A program made the position numbers and the translations under genes. From Verrucomicrobiales bacterium (GTDB lineage: Bacteria > Verrucomicrobiota > Verrucomicrobiia > Verrucomicrobiales > SLCJ01): DNA of 63,181 nucleotides. The stretch spans positions 1-63,181 of the forward strand of contig JBJTQJ010000100.1 in the NCBI GenBank assembly GCA_046075565.1, in the 5' to 3' direction. Shown in pieces: positions 1-8,559 of the stretch (position 1 is its first letter; each line of letters starts with the position of its first letter). The notes under the pieces were generated by a model. It was not told where the DNA came from. It ran no database searches and worked only from the letters and a program-made list of their open reading frames with translations.

Positions 1-96
1 CACTGCGGAACGGAAAAGCTATGCTCTGACGGTAGGTGAAACGCCATGAAATTCCCCGATTACGTGGAAATCCGTCATCAGGACGGACCTCCACTA

Positions 97-124
97 TTTC
101 AGTTTTCAGCTTTTCAGTTTTTCC
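97..124. repeat. Short tandem TTT(T)CAG(T/C) repeat
   Basis: tttcagt-tttcagc-ttttcagt-ttttcc. Confidence 0.5.
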
Positions 125-214
125 AGAACCCCCTTCCCCCCGCAACCCCCTTTTCCCCGCCCAACGGTCCGCCCCAAACGCTGTTGCAATGGCTGCCCGC
201 CAAAAGCAAATTCC

Positions 215-583
215 TTGCAGCCAAAGAAAAAATTGAATTCCAGCAGTTCCAAGAAAGTTCCGAACTCCCCCCATTTGTGTTTAGAATGTAAGCAAGGGTT
301 TGAACCATACACAAAAAGAACCAAGCTGTGTTCCTTTAACTGCATAAAAACACACGACCTTATCACAGAAACCAACTATAAAATCAAGAAACTTGAACAC
401 GAAACCAGACTTAAAGAACTAGAAAACACAGCACTTAAATTAAAACTTGCAAACGAGGAACTTAAAAAGCAGATATTCATACAAGAATTAGAAAATGAAT
501 TAAACGGTTGCCAAACCAAGCCAGAAGTTCAAGCACACATTGTTAACATAACGGAATACTATGAAGGTAATTGCACGGCATAA
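215..583 (+). CDS. Hypothetical phage-like protein: CxxC...CSxxC zinc finger plus coiled coil; start uncertain (TTG 215 or TTG 275), possibly 5'-truncated
   Basis: CLECKQGFEPYTKRTKLCSFNC followed by an E/K/L-rich heptad stretch; AT-rich from ~273; overlaps next ORF. Confidence 0.6.
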   Translation: MQPKKKLNSSSSKKVPNSPHLCLECKQGFEPYTKRTKLCSFNCIKTHDLITETNYKIKKLEHETRLKELENTALKLKLANEELKKQIFIQELENELNGCQTKPEVQAHIVNITEYYEGNCTA

Positions 584-1013
584 TGAAACCATAACTCCAC
601 AGGAAGGAGATTTCGTAGTCCAAAAAGGAGAACACCTTGAGAATGTTGGGCGAGAGGCTTCAAGCTATCTATGGTTTATCGTGAAACATTACCACGACCT
701 CAAAGATGATGAGATTTATTCCTTTAGACAAGCAAGAGAACACGAACACCAAATTGGAGTATTTAATTTTGAATGTGCTCAGAATGGCGCACCTCATCAC
801 GGAGGACTTGAAATAAAACGATTAGCTGATTTGATAGACTTAGACATACCAGAGAAAATACAATTTACAGCCGGCGCACAATTTGATGTTTCAGGCTATC
901 AGATTAAACAACGACCGATTGAATGGTATGTGAGAGCTTTTGATGTATCAATGAGTGAGCCACAAGCCCCGTGGATATTAGAAAGACTATGGAAATATAT
1001 ATTTGATTTATAG
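561..1013 (+). CDS. Minimal DUF3431-like protein
   Basis: VIARHNE, NVGREASSYLWFIVKHY, GAQFDVSGYQIKQRPIEWY and LERLWKYIF match the recalled DUF3431 motif order. Confidence 0.7.
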   Translation: MKVIARHNETITPQEGDFVVQKGEHLENVGREASSYLWFIVKHYHDLKDDEIYSFRQAREHEHQIGVFNFECAQNGAPHHGGLEIKRLADLIDLDIPEKIQFTAGAQFDVSGYQIKQRPIEWYVRAFDVSMSEPQAPWILERLWKYIFDL

Positions 1014-1073
1014 TGGGTTATCGTTTAATGGTAGGACGCGTGAGATGCAACGGATTTCTGGACCGTTATTTGT

Positions 1074-1928
1074 TTAGTTTTGGGTGGGGATGTCGGCTTC
1101 GAATTGGGACGGGGTTTGGTAGTCGAGGGCGGAGTGTTTGCGGTGGATGTTGTAGTAGGAATCGATGTAGGCGAAAAGTTCGGTGCGGGCGTCCCGGTCA
1201 TCGATGAAGCAGCCGCCGTCTAGCATTTCGGCTTTCAGTGTGCCCATGAAGGATTCGGTCCATGCGTTGTGGTAGGGGTTGGCGCGTGCGGACATGCTTT
1301 GACGGATACCGCTCTGGCGCAGGACCTGACGGAAGGCGGCGCTGCCATACTGGCTGACACGGTCGCTGTGGAAGATTGGCTTTTGAGTGGTGCCGCGCGA
1401 GCCGATCGCCTGTCTGAGGGCATCGACGGCGAGCTCCGCGCGCAGGTGATCGGCCAATGACCATCCGATGATTTTCCGCGAGCACAGGTCGAGGACCACA
1501 GCCAGGTAGAGCCAGCCCGCGGAGGTGGGAATGTGGGTGATGTCGCCGGCCCAGATTTGATCGGGCTTGTCGGGGAGGGGATGGCCGACGAGCAGGTTGG
1601 GCGAGGGCATGTCGGCTCTGCCGTCGCTGGTTCTGGGAACATAGGTCTTGGGCTGGATGGCCTTCAAACCCCGCTCCCGCATGATCCGGCGCACACGGTC
1701 AGGGGCGCAGACGACATCCTGATCGGCAAGCTCCTTCCAGATCCTGCGGTGGCCGTAGCGGCGGCGGTGGCGTTTGAATATCACCTCGATGAGGCCGCCG
1801 ATCTGTTGGTCGGATTGTTGCGTCGGGGTGGCTTGGGCGGCGTGGTAGTAGCTGCTGCGGGGCACTCCCAGGGCGTTGCAGATCGGGCGGATGCCATGGC
1901 CGGTGGCTTGGCGGATGTCATCGATCAT
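1074..1928 (-). CDS. IS3 OrfB DDE transposase catalytic part (also expected as an OrfAB fusion)
   Basis: WAGDITHI, LAVVLDLCSRKIIGW, HSDRVSQY, ESFMGTLKAE, YYNIHRKHSAL; ATG at 1928 overlaps the orfA stop (ATGA). Confidence 0.92.
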   Translation of the reverse strand: MIDDIRQATGHGIRPICNALGVPRSSYYHAAQATPTQQSDQQIGGLIEVIFKRHRRRYGHRRIWKELADQDVVCAPDRVRRIMRERGLKAIQPKTYVPRTSDGRADMPSPNLLVGHPLPDKPDQIWAGDITHIPTSAGWLYLAVVLDLCSRKIIGWSLADHLRAELAVDALRQAIGSRGTTQKPIFHSDRVSQYGSAAFRQVLRQSGIRQSMSARANPYHNAWTESFMGTLKAEMLDGGCFIDDRDARTELFAYIDSYYNIHRKHSALDYQTPSQFEADIPTQN

Positions 1929-2239
1929 TTCACGGAGCTGGGTTGGGGTCTGGTGCCGAGGATGACCGCGGCTTTTTTTAAAATCTCGTTCTCCTGGCGG
2001 AGGAGGGCGATTTCGCGTCGCAGGGCGCGCGGGTCGTCCGCTGCGGCGGCCTCGCCTGCGGCTCGTCCGCCTCCGCTCCCGACCCGCGCGCCCTGCGAGC
2101 TGTTTTTCCACGAGTAGAGGAGGTTGGGACTGATGCAAAGTTCTTCGGCGAGTTCGGCGACAGGTCTGCCGAGAGCGAGCAGTTCGACAGCTTGGACTTT
2201 GAATTCGGGGGTGTAACGCTTGCGTGGTGTCTGGTTCAT
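1925..2239 (-). CDS. IS3 OrfA (HTH plus leucine zipper)
   Basis: RKRYTPEFKVQAVEL...LYSW...LRQENEILKKAA. Confidence 0.92.
   Translation of the reverse strand: MNQTPRKRYTPEFKVQAVELLALGRPVAELAEELCISPNLLYSWKNSSQGARVGSGGGRAAGEAAAADDPRALRREIALLRQENEILKKAAVILGTRPQPSSVK
1972..1979 (-). promoter_or_regulatory. -1 programmed frameshift motif (A7G) of IS3
   Basis: Minus strand reads TTA AAA AAA GCC in the orfA/orfB overlap. Confidence 0.8.
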
Positions 2240-2655
2240 ATCGTGCTTGATTTTAGAAGTTGATGGTCCAGAAATCTAGAACACCTCACCGACCAAGTCG
2301 GGGCAGGAACACAGAAGAAGGAGGAGACAGGGCATGGCGTAGGGGTTTCCGATGCCCCGGAGAACATGGCGAGTTTCGAACCATCGTCTCAAACAGCAGG
2401 CAAGACCGGGGTGGCGATGAGGTTTGGCCAGTGGGGAGGCCTGCGCGTGCTAAGGGACTTGCGGGTGGAAGTAGTGGGGTAAGGTGCTGGGAGGTGCATA
2501 GGGGCGGACACTTTGTTGAGAGGTGCCAGCCATGTCACGGGAGCCTTCGGCCTCGCCGCCGCTGGCGCCGCGTTGGAGATCGTGGCAAAGTCTTGAGCCG
2601 TCGCCTGCTCATCGTTTGAACGATTCCGCACCGTCGCCACGTTTAGAGCCATACC

Positions 2656-4032
2656 ATGAAGACCTGGATCACCCTGCTCGCCCTTGCCTCGGCCGCCCAA
2701 CTCCCTGCGGACGTCAAACTTCCTTCCATTTTCAGCGACCATATGGTCCTGCAGCGGGAGGTCGAAGTCCCGGTGTGGGGCTGGGCCGATGCCGGGGAAA
2801 AAGTCACGGTGTCCTTCGCTGGTCAAACCAAGTCCACAGCCGCAGACAAAGACGGGAAATGGTCGGTGAAACTGGCCAAACTTGCCGTCTCCGCCAAGCC
2901 TCAGGAATTGAAGGTCAAAGGCAATAACGAGATCATCCTCAAGAATGTCCTGGTCGGGGATGTCTGGATCTGCTCCGGACAATCCAATATGGAGTGGCCA
3001 TTGTCCAAATGCACCAAAACCCCGAAGGAAGACGCCGCCGCCCAGAAAAACAACAAACAACTCCGCTTGTTCCGGGTCCCGGATCACGTCAAGGCCGCCG
3101 AGCCCGCCCCGGATACCAAAGGCACCTGGAAAACCACCGAACTCGAGCCAGACTGTCTGATCTTTTCCGGATGCGGGTTTTTCTTCGGCGCCAAACTTCA
3201 AGAGGAATTGGATATCCCCATCGGCCTCATCGACACCTCATGGGGCGGCACCCCGGTTGACCAATGGATCTCGAACAAAGCCCATCAGTCGTTCCTGAAA
3301 AGCGACCGCAAGGAGAGCATCTACAATGGCATGGTCGCGCCTCTGGTGCCGTTCGCCATCAAGGGAGCCATCTGGTATCAGGGTGAATCCAACCGTGCGA
3401 ATGACTTCCCGGCCTACTTCACCAAACTGGATGCCCTGATCACCGGTTGGCGTGAAGATTTCCAAGTCGGCGACTTCCCATTTTATCTCGTGCAAATCGC
3501 GCCCCACCGCTACAACAAGAAAGGACCGGGCGATGACGAGACCCTGGCTCGGAATATCTGGGCGGCTCAATACAAGGCGGCCAAGGAGATCAAAAATTGC
3601 GGCATCGTCCCGATCCACGATACCCTCCACGGCGTCATCGACGACATCCACCCCTGGGACAAGAAGCCGGTTGCCGAACGGTTGGCGAATCTAGCTCTCA
3701 AGAAGGACTACGGCAAGGCCGTGGCATGGACCGGCCCTGAGTTCGCTTCGGCCAAAGCCAGCGGTAGCAAGCTCACCGTAGCTTTTCAAGGCATCGAGAA
3801 AGGACTGACCACCACCGATGGCAACGAGCCGGCATGTTTTGAAATCGCCGGAGAGGACAAGGTCTTCGTTCCGGCCAAAGCCACCATCCAAGGGAACACG
3901 GTGATCGTTAGCGCGGATGGAGTCGCTTCCCCGAAGCATGTGAAAATGGGCTGGAATGAAGTCCAGGTCCCCAACCTCGCCGACAAAAACGGCTGGCCGG
4001 TCTTCCAGTTTCCGCCGATGGCGGCAGAGTAA
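2656..4032 (+). CDS. Secreted sialate O-acetylesterase-family (SASA/SGNH) esterase
   Basis: Signal peptide; LPSIFSDHMVLQRE, GDVWICSGQSNM, WYQGESN, DIHP. Confidence 0.9.
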   Translation: MKTWITLLALASAAQLPADVKLPSIFSDHMVLQREVEVPVWGWADAGEKVTVSFAGQTKSTAADKDGKWSVKLAKLAVSAKPQELKVKGNNEIILKNVLVGDVWICSGQSNMEWPLSKCTKTPKEDAAAQKNNKQLRLFRVPDHVKAAEPAPDTKGTWKTTELEPDCLIFSGCGFFFGAKLQEELDIPIGLIDTSWGGTPVDQWISNKAHQSFLKSDRKESIYNGMVAPLVPFAIKGAIWYQGESNRANDFPAYFTKLDALITGWREDFQVGDFPFYLVQIAPHRYNKKGPGDDETLARNIWAAQYKAAKEIKNCGIVPIHDTLHGVIDDIHPWDKKPVAERLANLALKKDYGKAVAWTGPEFASAKASGSKLTVAFQGIEKGLTTTDGNEPACFEIAGEDKVFVPAKATIQGNTVIVSADGVASPKHVKMGWNEVQVPNLADKNGWPVFQFPPMAAE

Positions 4033-4086
4033 GTGAAGCCGAACTGGCTTCATTCCCGCGATCAAAGCACCGCACGTCACTCCCTC

Positions 4087-4926
4087 ATGCGTTCTCTCCT
4101 CCCGTTCCTGATTTTCTCACCACTCGTGCCATCTTTGGCGCAGCAGATCCCACCGCCACCGATCAACGTGTGGCCGGCCGACGCCGGGAGGGTCGCAGAG
4201 GAAACGGTGGTGGCCGACAGAAACGACGGGGTGAAGCGCATCACCGACATCCAGCAGGCAACCATCACTCCATACCGGGTGGCTGTCCCACCCGATTCGG
4301 TCCATCCCGCCGTCCTCGTCTTTCCCGGGGGAGGCTATTCGATCCTCGCCATCGACAAGGAAGGCACCGAGATCGCTGAATGGCTCAACCGACTTGGCTA
4401 CTCCGCATTCGTCGTCAAATATCGGGTTCCGAAGAACCGTGAGGGTGCCTTTGCCGATGCCCAGCGCGCTGTGCGCCTCGTCCGCCAAAATGCCAAAGAA
4501 TGGAAGATCGATCCCAAACGCATCGGCGTGATGGGATTTTCGGCTGGCGGCCACCTCTGCGCGCGCCTGAGCACGGACTTTGACAAGATGGCCTACGAAG
4601 CGGTCGATGAAATCGACAAACTCGACTGTCGTCCCGATTTTTCGATGCTGATCTATCCGGCCTATCTGCAGACCAAAGAAGGCAAGGTCGCCCCGGAACT
4701 GCCGATCACCGCCAAAGTGCCGCCGACCTTCATCCTGCAAAGCAAAGACGACAAGGCCTTCGTCGCCGGCACCATCGTCTATGACCAAGCCCTCAAGGCA
4801 GCAGGAGTCTCCTCCACTTTCCATCTTTTTGAATCCGGAGGCCACGGCTACGGCCTGCGGCCATCGGCCAACGAAGTCTCCAAATGGCCCGCGCTTGCCG
4901 AGGAGTGGATGAAGGGCAAGCCGTGA
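4087..4926 (+). CDS. Secreted alpha/beta-hydrolase (carbohydrate esterase-like)
   Basis: PGGGY oxyanion motif, GFSAGG nucleophile elbow, GGHGYG; start moved to ATG 4087. Confidence 0.88.
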   Translation: MRSLLPFLIFSPLVPSLAQQIPPPPINVWPADAGRVAEETVVADRNDGVKRITDIQQATITPYRVAVPPDSVHPAVLVFPGGGYSILAIDKEGTEIAEWLNRLGYSAFVVKYRVPKNREGAFADAQRAVRLVRQNAKEWKIDPKRIGVMGFSAGGHLCARLSTDFDKMAYEAVDEIDKLDCRPDFSMLIYPAYLQTKEGKVAPELPITAKVPPTFILQSKDDKAFVAGTIVYDQALKAAGVSSTFHLFESGGHGYGLRPSANEVSKWPALAEEWMKGKP

Positions 4927-5020
4927 GTCGGGGAAGAGGAAGTGAGACAGGGGGCAGGGGGCAGGTTCGCTTCGCCAGTGCTCATCCTTGCCAGCCGTGG
5001 TTTCTCTTGTCTCGAGAAGG

Positions 5021-5240
5021 TTCCGGCATCAGCCTCAAGTTCATGACCGGGTTCCACCGTCTTCCAAATGGCAATACCGTCATGTCCAACTGGCTCGGTC
5101 ACGGACAGTTCGGCAAAGCCCCTCACATCATCGAAGTCACTCCCGGGAAAAAAGTCGTCTGGACCTTTGCCGACCACCAGACCATGAAGACCGTTTCGCA
5201 GGTCGTCATCTTGGATGCACCGACAGAAGGGCGACATTGA
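5021..5240 (+). pseudogene. C-terminal remnant of a beta-propeller-type protein
   Basis: TGFHRLPNGNTVMSNWLGHG...HIIEVTPGKKVVWTF with no credible N-terminus; left boundary approximate. Confidence 0.5.
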
Positions 5241-5939
5241 TGGATCGGCTTCGGCACAACTCGCGCTCCAATTTTCCCGTATTAATCTGGAGAAGAAATT
5301 GAACCACGATGGCGAAGCGCGCGCCTCATCATGGGCTAGAATCGACACGTGTTGTAATGAACTCCGGAAAGAGCCCGCTTCCTTAGGCGCGGGTGAAGGC
5401 CTGCTGAGCATACCGTGCAATTCCCTTCCCACTTCTGTCCCTTCGTGTCCATTGGTGGTTTTGGGCTGGCCGCGCGCAAGGCTCATGCGCGAAAAGCCCG
5501 GCCTCAGCCAAACCTAGGTCGTCTTGCTCATTGGCACCGCGCGCGCCCTCCTCCGCGTTTCCGAGTCCCAGCCCTAGGTGGCGCTGGAGGCGTTGCATAA
5601 GCGTGAGCGATCATTGCTATGATATTTATCCAACATCGCTGATACCAGCGCATAGTCCGCCCCCGGCGCCGAACGTAATCTCAAAGGGCGGCGCAAGAGA
5701 TGCGTCAATTGACCATTACACAGCGTCGGCCCATATCGACAACGAAACGACACCAAACGAATCCGGAAGCCACAATCGCCATTTTCCTTTTCGCCGGTCG
5801 AGGGCACTGTCACAGCAAGGCTCCAGACCCAGGTCGGTCCGTATTGAGAAGCCTATGGGATGTCTGTAAAATGCATGAATGATTACTCGATCGCCGGATG
5901 AGCAGCGATCAATGCGCATTAGCTAATAATGGGGTTGGA

Positions 5940-8429
5940 TCATTGTCTTTCTTGGAACTCCGAAAGCATCATGCGCAACTCCGGTTGACCGGTCGCGGAT
6001 TCGATTGCGCGGATGGCTTCTTCGATAGCTCCGATCCTCATATGATTGAGTTCTCCCTTGGGGAAAAGTCCTTTTTCGCAGTCGGTATTGAATTGAACGA
6101 TGAGTTCCTTGAGACCGGGGATGGCGATGCGGGCGGCGGTGCCGTATTTGGCGATTTCCTCCATGATTTCACCGGTGCGGCGCTCGCTGCCGTGGCCGCC
6201 TTGGGTTTTGGCGAGTTGGACTCCGGCGAGAATGCCTTCTTTGAAATGGTATTTGGTCAGGGCCCGAAACGCACCCATGCGGATCTCTGTGCTGAACATG
6301 GTGTCGGCAGGGCACTGGGTCAGGACGGCAGTGAGAAGGACCGGGGCCAGGGCCTCTATGTCCTCGATGGTGAGGTGGTTCTCGAAAAAACCCCGGAGGG
6401 TGGCCCGGGCCATGCCGTCGGCATTGGTGGAGATGGCTTCGATGGCCGGGTTGCGCAGTTTCGGGTCCGCGGCATGGACGACATCCTTTAGCGGTCCGGC
6501 AAAGAGGGCGGCGCCGAGTTGTCCGTGGGTGAGCTGGACCGGGTCGGCCCATTGGATTGGTTGGAGGGGTTCGGCGGTTTCGGCGACGACGGTGAGCAGC
6601 TCGGACACGATGGGTTTGGCATCCCCGCCCATTTCCTTGATGGCTTTGGCGGCCTTGAAGCGCGTCCAGCGGTCCGGATGTTTGAGCAGGCGGACAAACA
6701 CCGGCAAGGCCTCCCTGCTTCTGAGACGACCGAGGGTCTCGCAGGCTGCCTGGCAGACATGGGGATTTGTGTCCTCGGTCATGCGGATGAGTTTGGGCAC
6801 CATGGCCGTGGCCTCCGGGCGTTTGGCCAATTCTTCGGCGGCCCAACCGCGAACAATGGGCGACCAGTTGCGAAAGGCGTCCACCAGTTCGAAGGGAGAC
6901 ATTTTCAGGCGGTCGAGATCAAAACGCCCCGAAGCGGCGGCGGCGGTGGCTCCGTCCTTGGTCAGCCAGAAGGATTCGTTGGCCTTGCGTCCGGTAAGGT
7001 GGAGTTTCTTCAGCGGCAGCGCGTAGGTGAGCACATAACTGGCGGTCGGGCTCAGACCGTTGTAGCTGCTTTTGCCGTAGTAGGTATTGTCGTCGGTTTT
7101 GCCGCCGCCGTATTGCTCAGCGCCGTCGTAGGTGAAGGATCCATCACAGCGCCGCACGAGGTCAAAGTGCCATGAGGACTCCTTGAAAAAGGCGGCGGCG
7201 GCCTCGGGTCCTCCGACATTGGCCCCGAGGGCCCCCCAGAGATAACTGAAGCCTTGGCCGGTGTGGCCGCATTCGCGGTTGCGGTGTCCGGCGGTAGCCA
7301 TTTTGGCGAAGAATTGGGTTTCCGGTTTCCGTTTCCCCTCCATGGCAAACAACATGGCGGTCATGGCGCACTTGCCATTGTTATCGTGGTAGGGCCATGG
7401 TTCGTGTTCGCCGTAGGGGATGGCTCCTTTGTCCATGAAGTAGGCGAAAAACTTGGTGGCGCGTTCGATGGCGGCACCGACTTCGGGTTCGTTGATGCCA
7501 CATTTCGCGCCCATGATGATGCCCATGTTGGCGGAGAGCCCGGCCTGGTTGACCGGCCCGTAGGGAGGAATCGAGCCATTGCGTTTGCCATCGGGGGTTA
7601 GTTGGGAAAATCCATGCCCGAAGGTGCCATACATGCCTTGTCCACGGGCTAGGGAAAGGGTGATCTCCCGGATGGCGTGCAGGACCTTCTGCTCGCCGGT
7701 GAGCAGGTAGTATTCGGCGAGGAACATGTTCCGGTAACCGAGGTCCCAGGATGAGCCATTGACCTCATCCTTGATATTCAGGGTCTCCGGACCCATTTGG
7801 TAGGCCCATTCGCGGATGATCGGCAGATATTCTTCCTTGCCGGTGGCCAGCAGGGCGAGCCCGCTGATGCCGCCGTGCCAGGTGTCTTCGAGCTTTTCCT
7901 TGGCCAGAATTTCGCAGGCCTCTTGAAGGATCTTTTCGGACTTCTGGCATTGGTAGGGCGCGGTATCGGCGTAGGTTCCCATCACGCGGAGTTTGAGTTG
8001 CACCTCATTCACTTCGCCGGCCCGCCAGCAGGTGAGCTTGAGGAGTCCGCCATGGGATTCCTTCTCCGCCTCTTGGATGGCGAGGGCGATACTTTTGCGG
8101 GCATCATCGGTGAAGGGTTTGCCGCCGACGCCGAGGATCACATCGTCCACCTGGACGATCCCATCGGCCGGGGATTTTTCGCCGACATGGGTGACGAGAA
8201 TCTGGCGGCTGGAAGCGGTGGTTCGGCCTTGCAGTCCATCGTGGTAGGTGGCCGGTCTCAGGTCGATCCAACCGCGCAGACCGGTGGAGCCGAGATTGTA
8301 GGTCTGCCCGCGATCCACATTGCGGTCTTTGGTTAGGTCGGGAGGACCTTGCGGATCGGCGGCGGAGAGATGGCCGGTGAGGAGCAGGGTAGCGAGGAGG
8401 GCGCGGTGGTGGAAAGAGAAGGAGGGCAT
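5940..8429 (-). CDS. Secreted DUF6288-like protein (PDZ-like N-terminus, helical core, HEAT repeats)
   Basis: Signal peptide; YNLGSTGLRGW, SPADGIVQVDDVILGV, GHTGQGFSYLW, HEAT-like repeats at C-terminus. Confidence 0.75.
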   Translation of the reverse strand: MPSFSFHHRALLATLLLTGHLSAADPQGPPDLTKDRNVDRGQTYNLGSTGLRGWIDLRPATYHDGLQGRTTASSRQILVTHVGEKSPADGIVQVDDVILGVGGKPFTDDARKSIALAIQEAEKESHGGLLKLTCWRAGEVNEVQLKLRVMGTYADTAPYQCQKSEKILQEACEILAKEKLEDTWHGGISGLALLATGKEEYLPIIREWAYQMGPETLNIKDEVNGSSWDLGYRNMFLAEYYLLTGEQKVLHAIREITLSLARGQGMYGTFGHGFSQLTPDGKRNGSIPPYGPVNQAGLSANMGIIMGAKCGINEPEVGAAIERATKFFAYFMDKGAIPYGEHEPWPYHDNNGKCAMTAMLFAMEGKRKPETQFFAKMATAGHRNRECGHTGQGFSYLWGALGANVGGPEAAAAFFKESSWHFDLVRRCDGSFTYDGAEQYGGGKTDDNTYYGKSSYNGLSPTASYVLTYALPLKKLHLTGRKANESFWLTKDGATAAAASGRFDLDRLKMSPFELVDAFRNWSPIVRGWAAEELAKRPEATAMVPKLIRMTEDTNPHVCQAACETLGRLRSREALPVFVRLLKHPDRWTRFKAAKAIKEMGGDAKPIVSELLTVVAETAEPLQPIQWADPVQLTHGQLGAALFAGPLKDVVHAADPKLRNPAIEAISTNADGMARATLRGFFENHLTIEDIEALAPVLLTAVLTQCPADTMFSTEIRMGAFRALTKYHFKEGILAGVQLAKTQGGHGSERRTGEIMEEIAKYGTAARIAIPGLKELIVQFNTDCEKGLFPKGELNHMRIGAIEEAIRAIESATGQPELRMMLSEFQERQ

Positions 8430-8445
8430 GAGGGGAGGATTTTTC

Positions 8446-8546
8446 AATATTCAATATTCAGCACGCAATGGTCAATGTTCAATTGGCCGGGCGACGGGGA
8501 TTAAGCTCATTGAGACTTGCTGATTCCGTGTTGAATATTGAATATT
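8446..8546. repeat. Inverted repeat built from TTCAATA heptamers
   Basis: aatattcaatattcagcacgcaat (8446-8469) pairs with attccgtgttgaatattgaatatt (8523-8546), 22/24. Confidence 0.75.
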
Positions 8547-8559
8547 CAGCCCATCTGCA

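Larger units (their letters stand above)
1041..2288 (-). mobile_element. IS3-family insertion sequence (1248 bp)
   Basis: Imperfect 24-bp terminal IRs TGAGATGCAACGGATTTCTGGACC (1041-1064) and GGTCCAGAAATCTAGAACACCTCA (2265-2288); TG...CA ends; orfA/orfB layout. Confidence 0.93.

Noticed and set aside
236-272. GGGGGG-ended sequence at the islet's left edge as a possible transposon end
   Set aside because: No partner inverted repeat found in the window and no clear match to a known family.
46-291. 81-aa ORF starting at an ATGA overlap
   Set aside because: It runs through a tandem repeat and C-rich low-complexity sequence with no protein signal.
1929-2138. N-terminal extension of the 354-aa IS ORF
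   Set aside because: It is the out-of-frame overlap with orfA; OrfB is reached by the frameshift or ATG 1928.
2289-2655. Gene interrupted by the IS on its right flank
   Set aside because: Only a very short hydrophobic reading (MPCLLLLLCS) points into the IS; not enough evidence.
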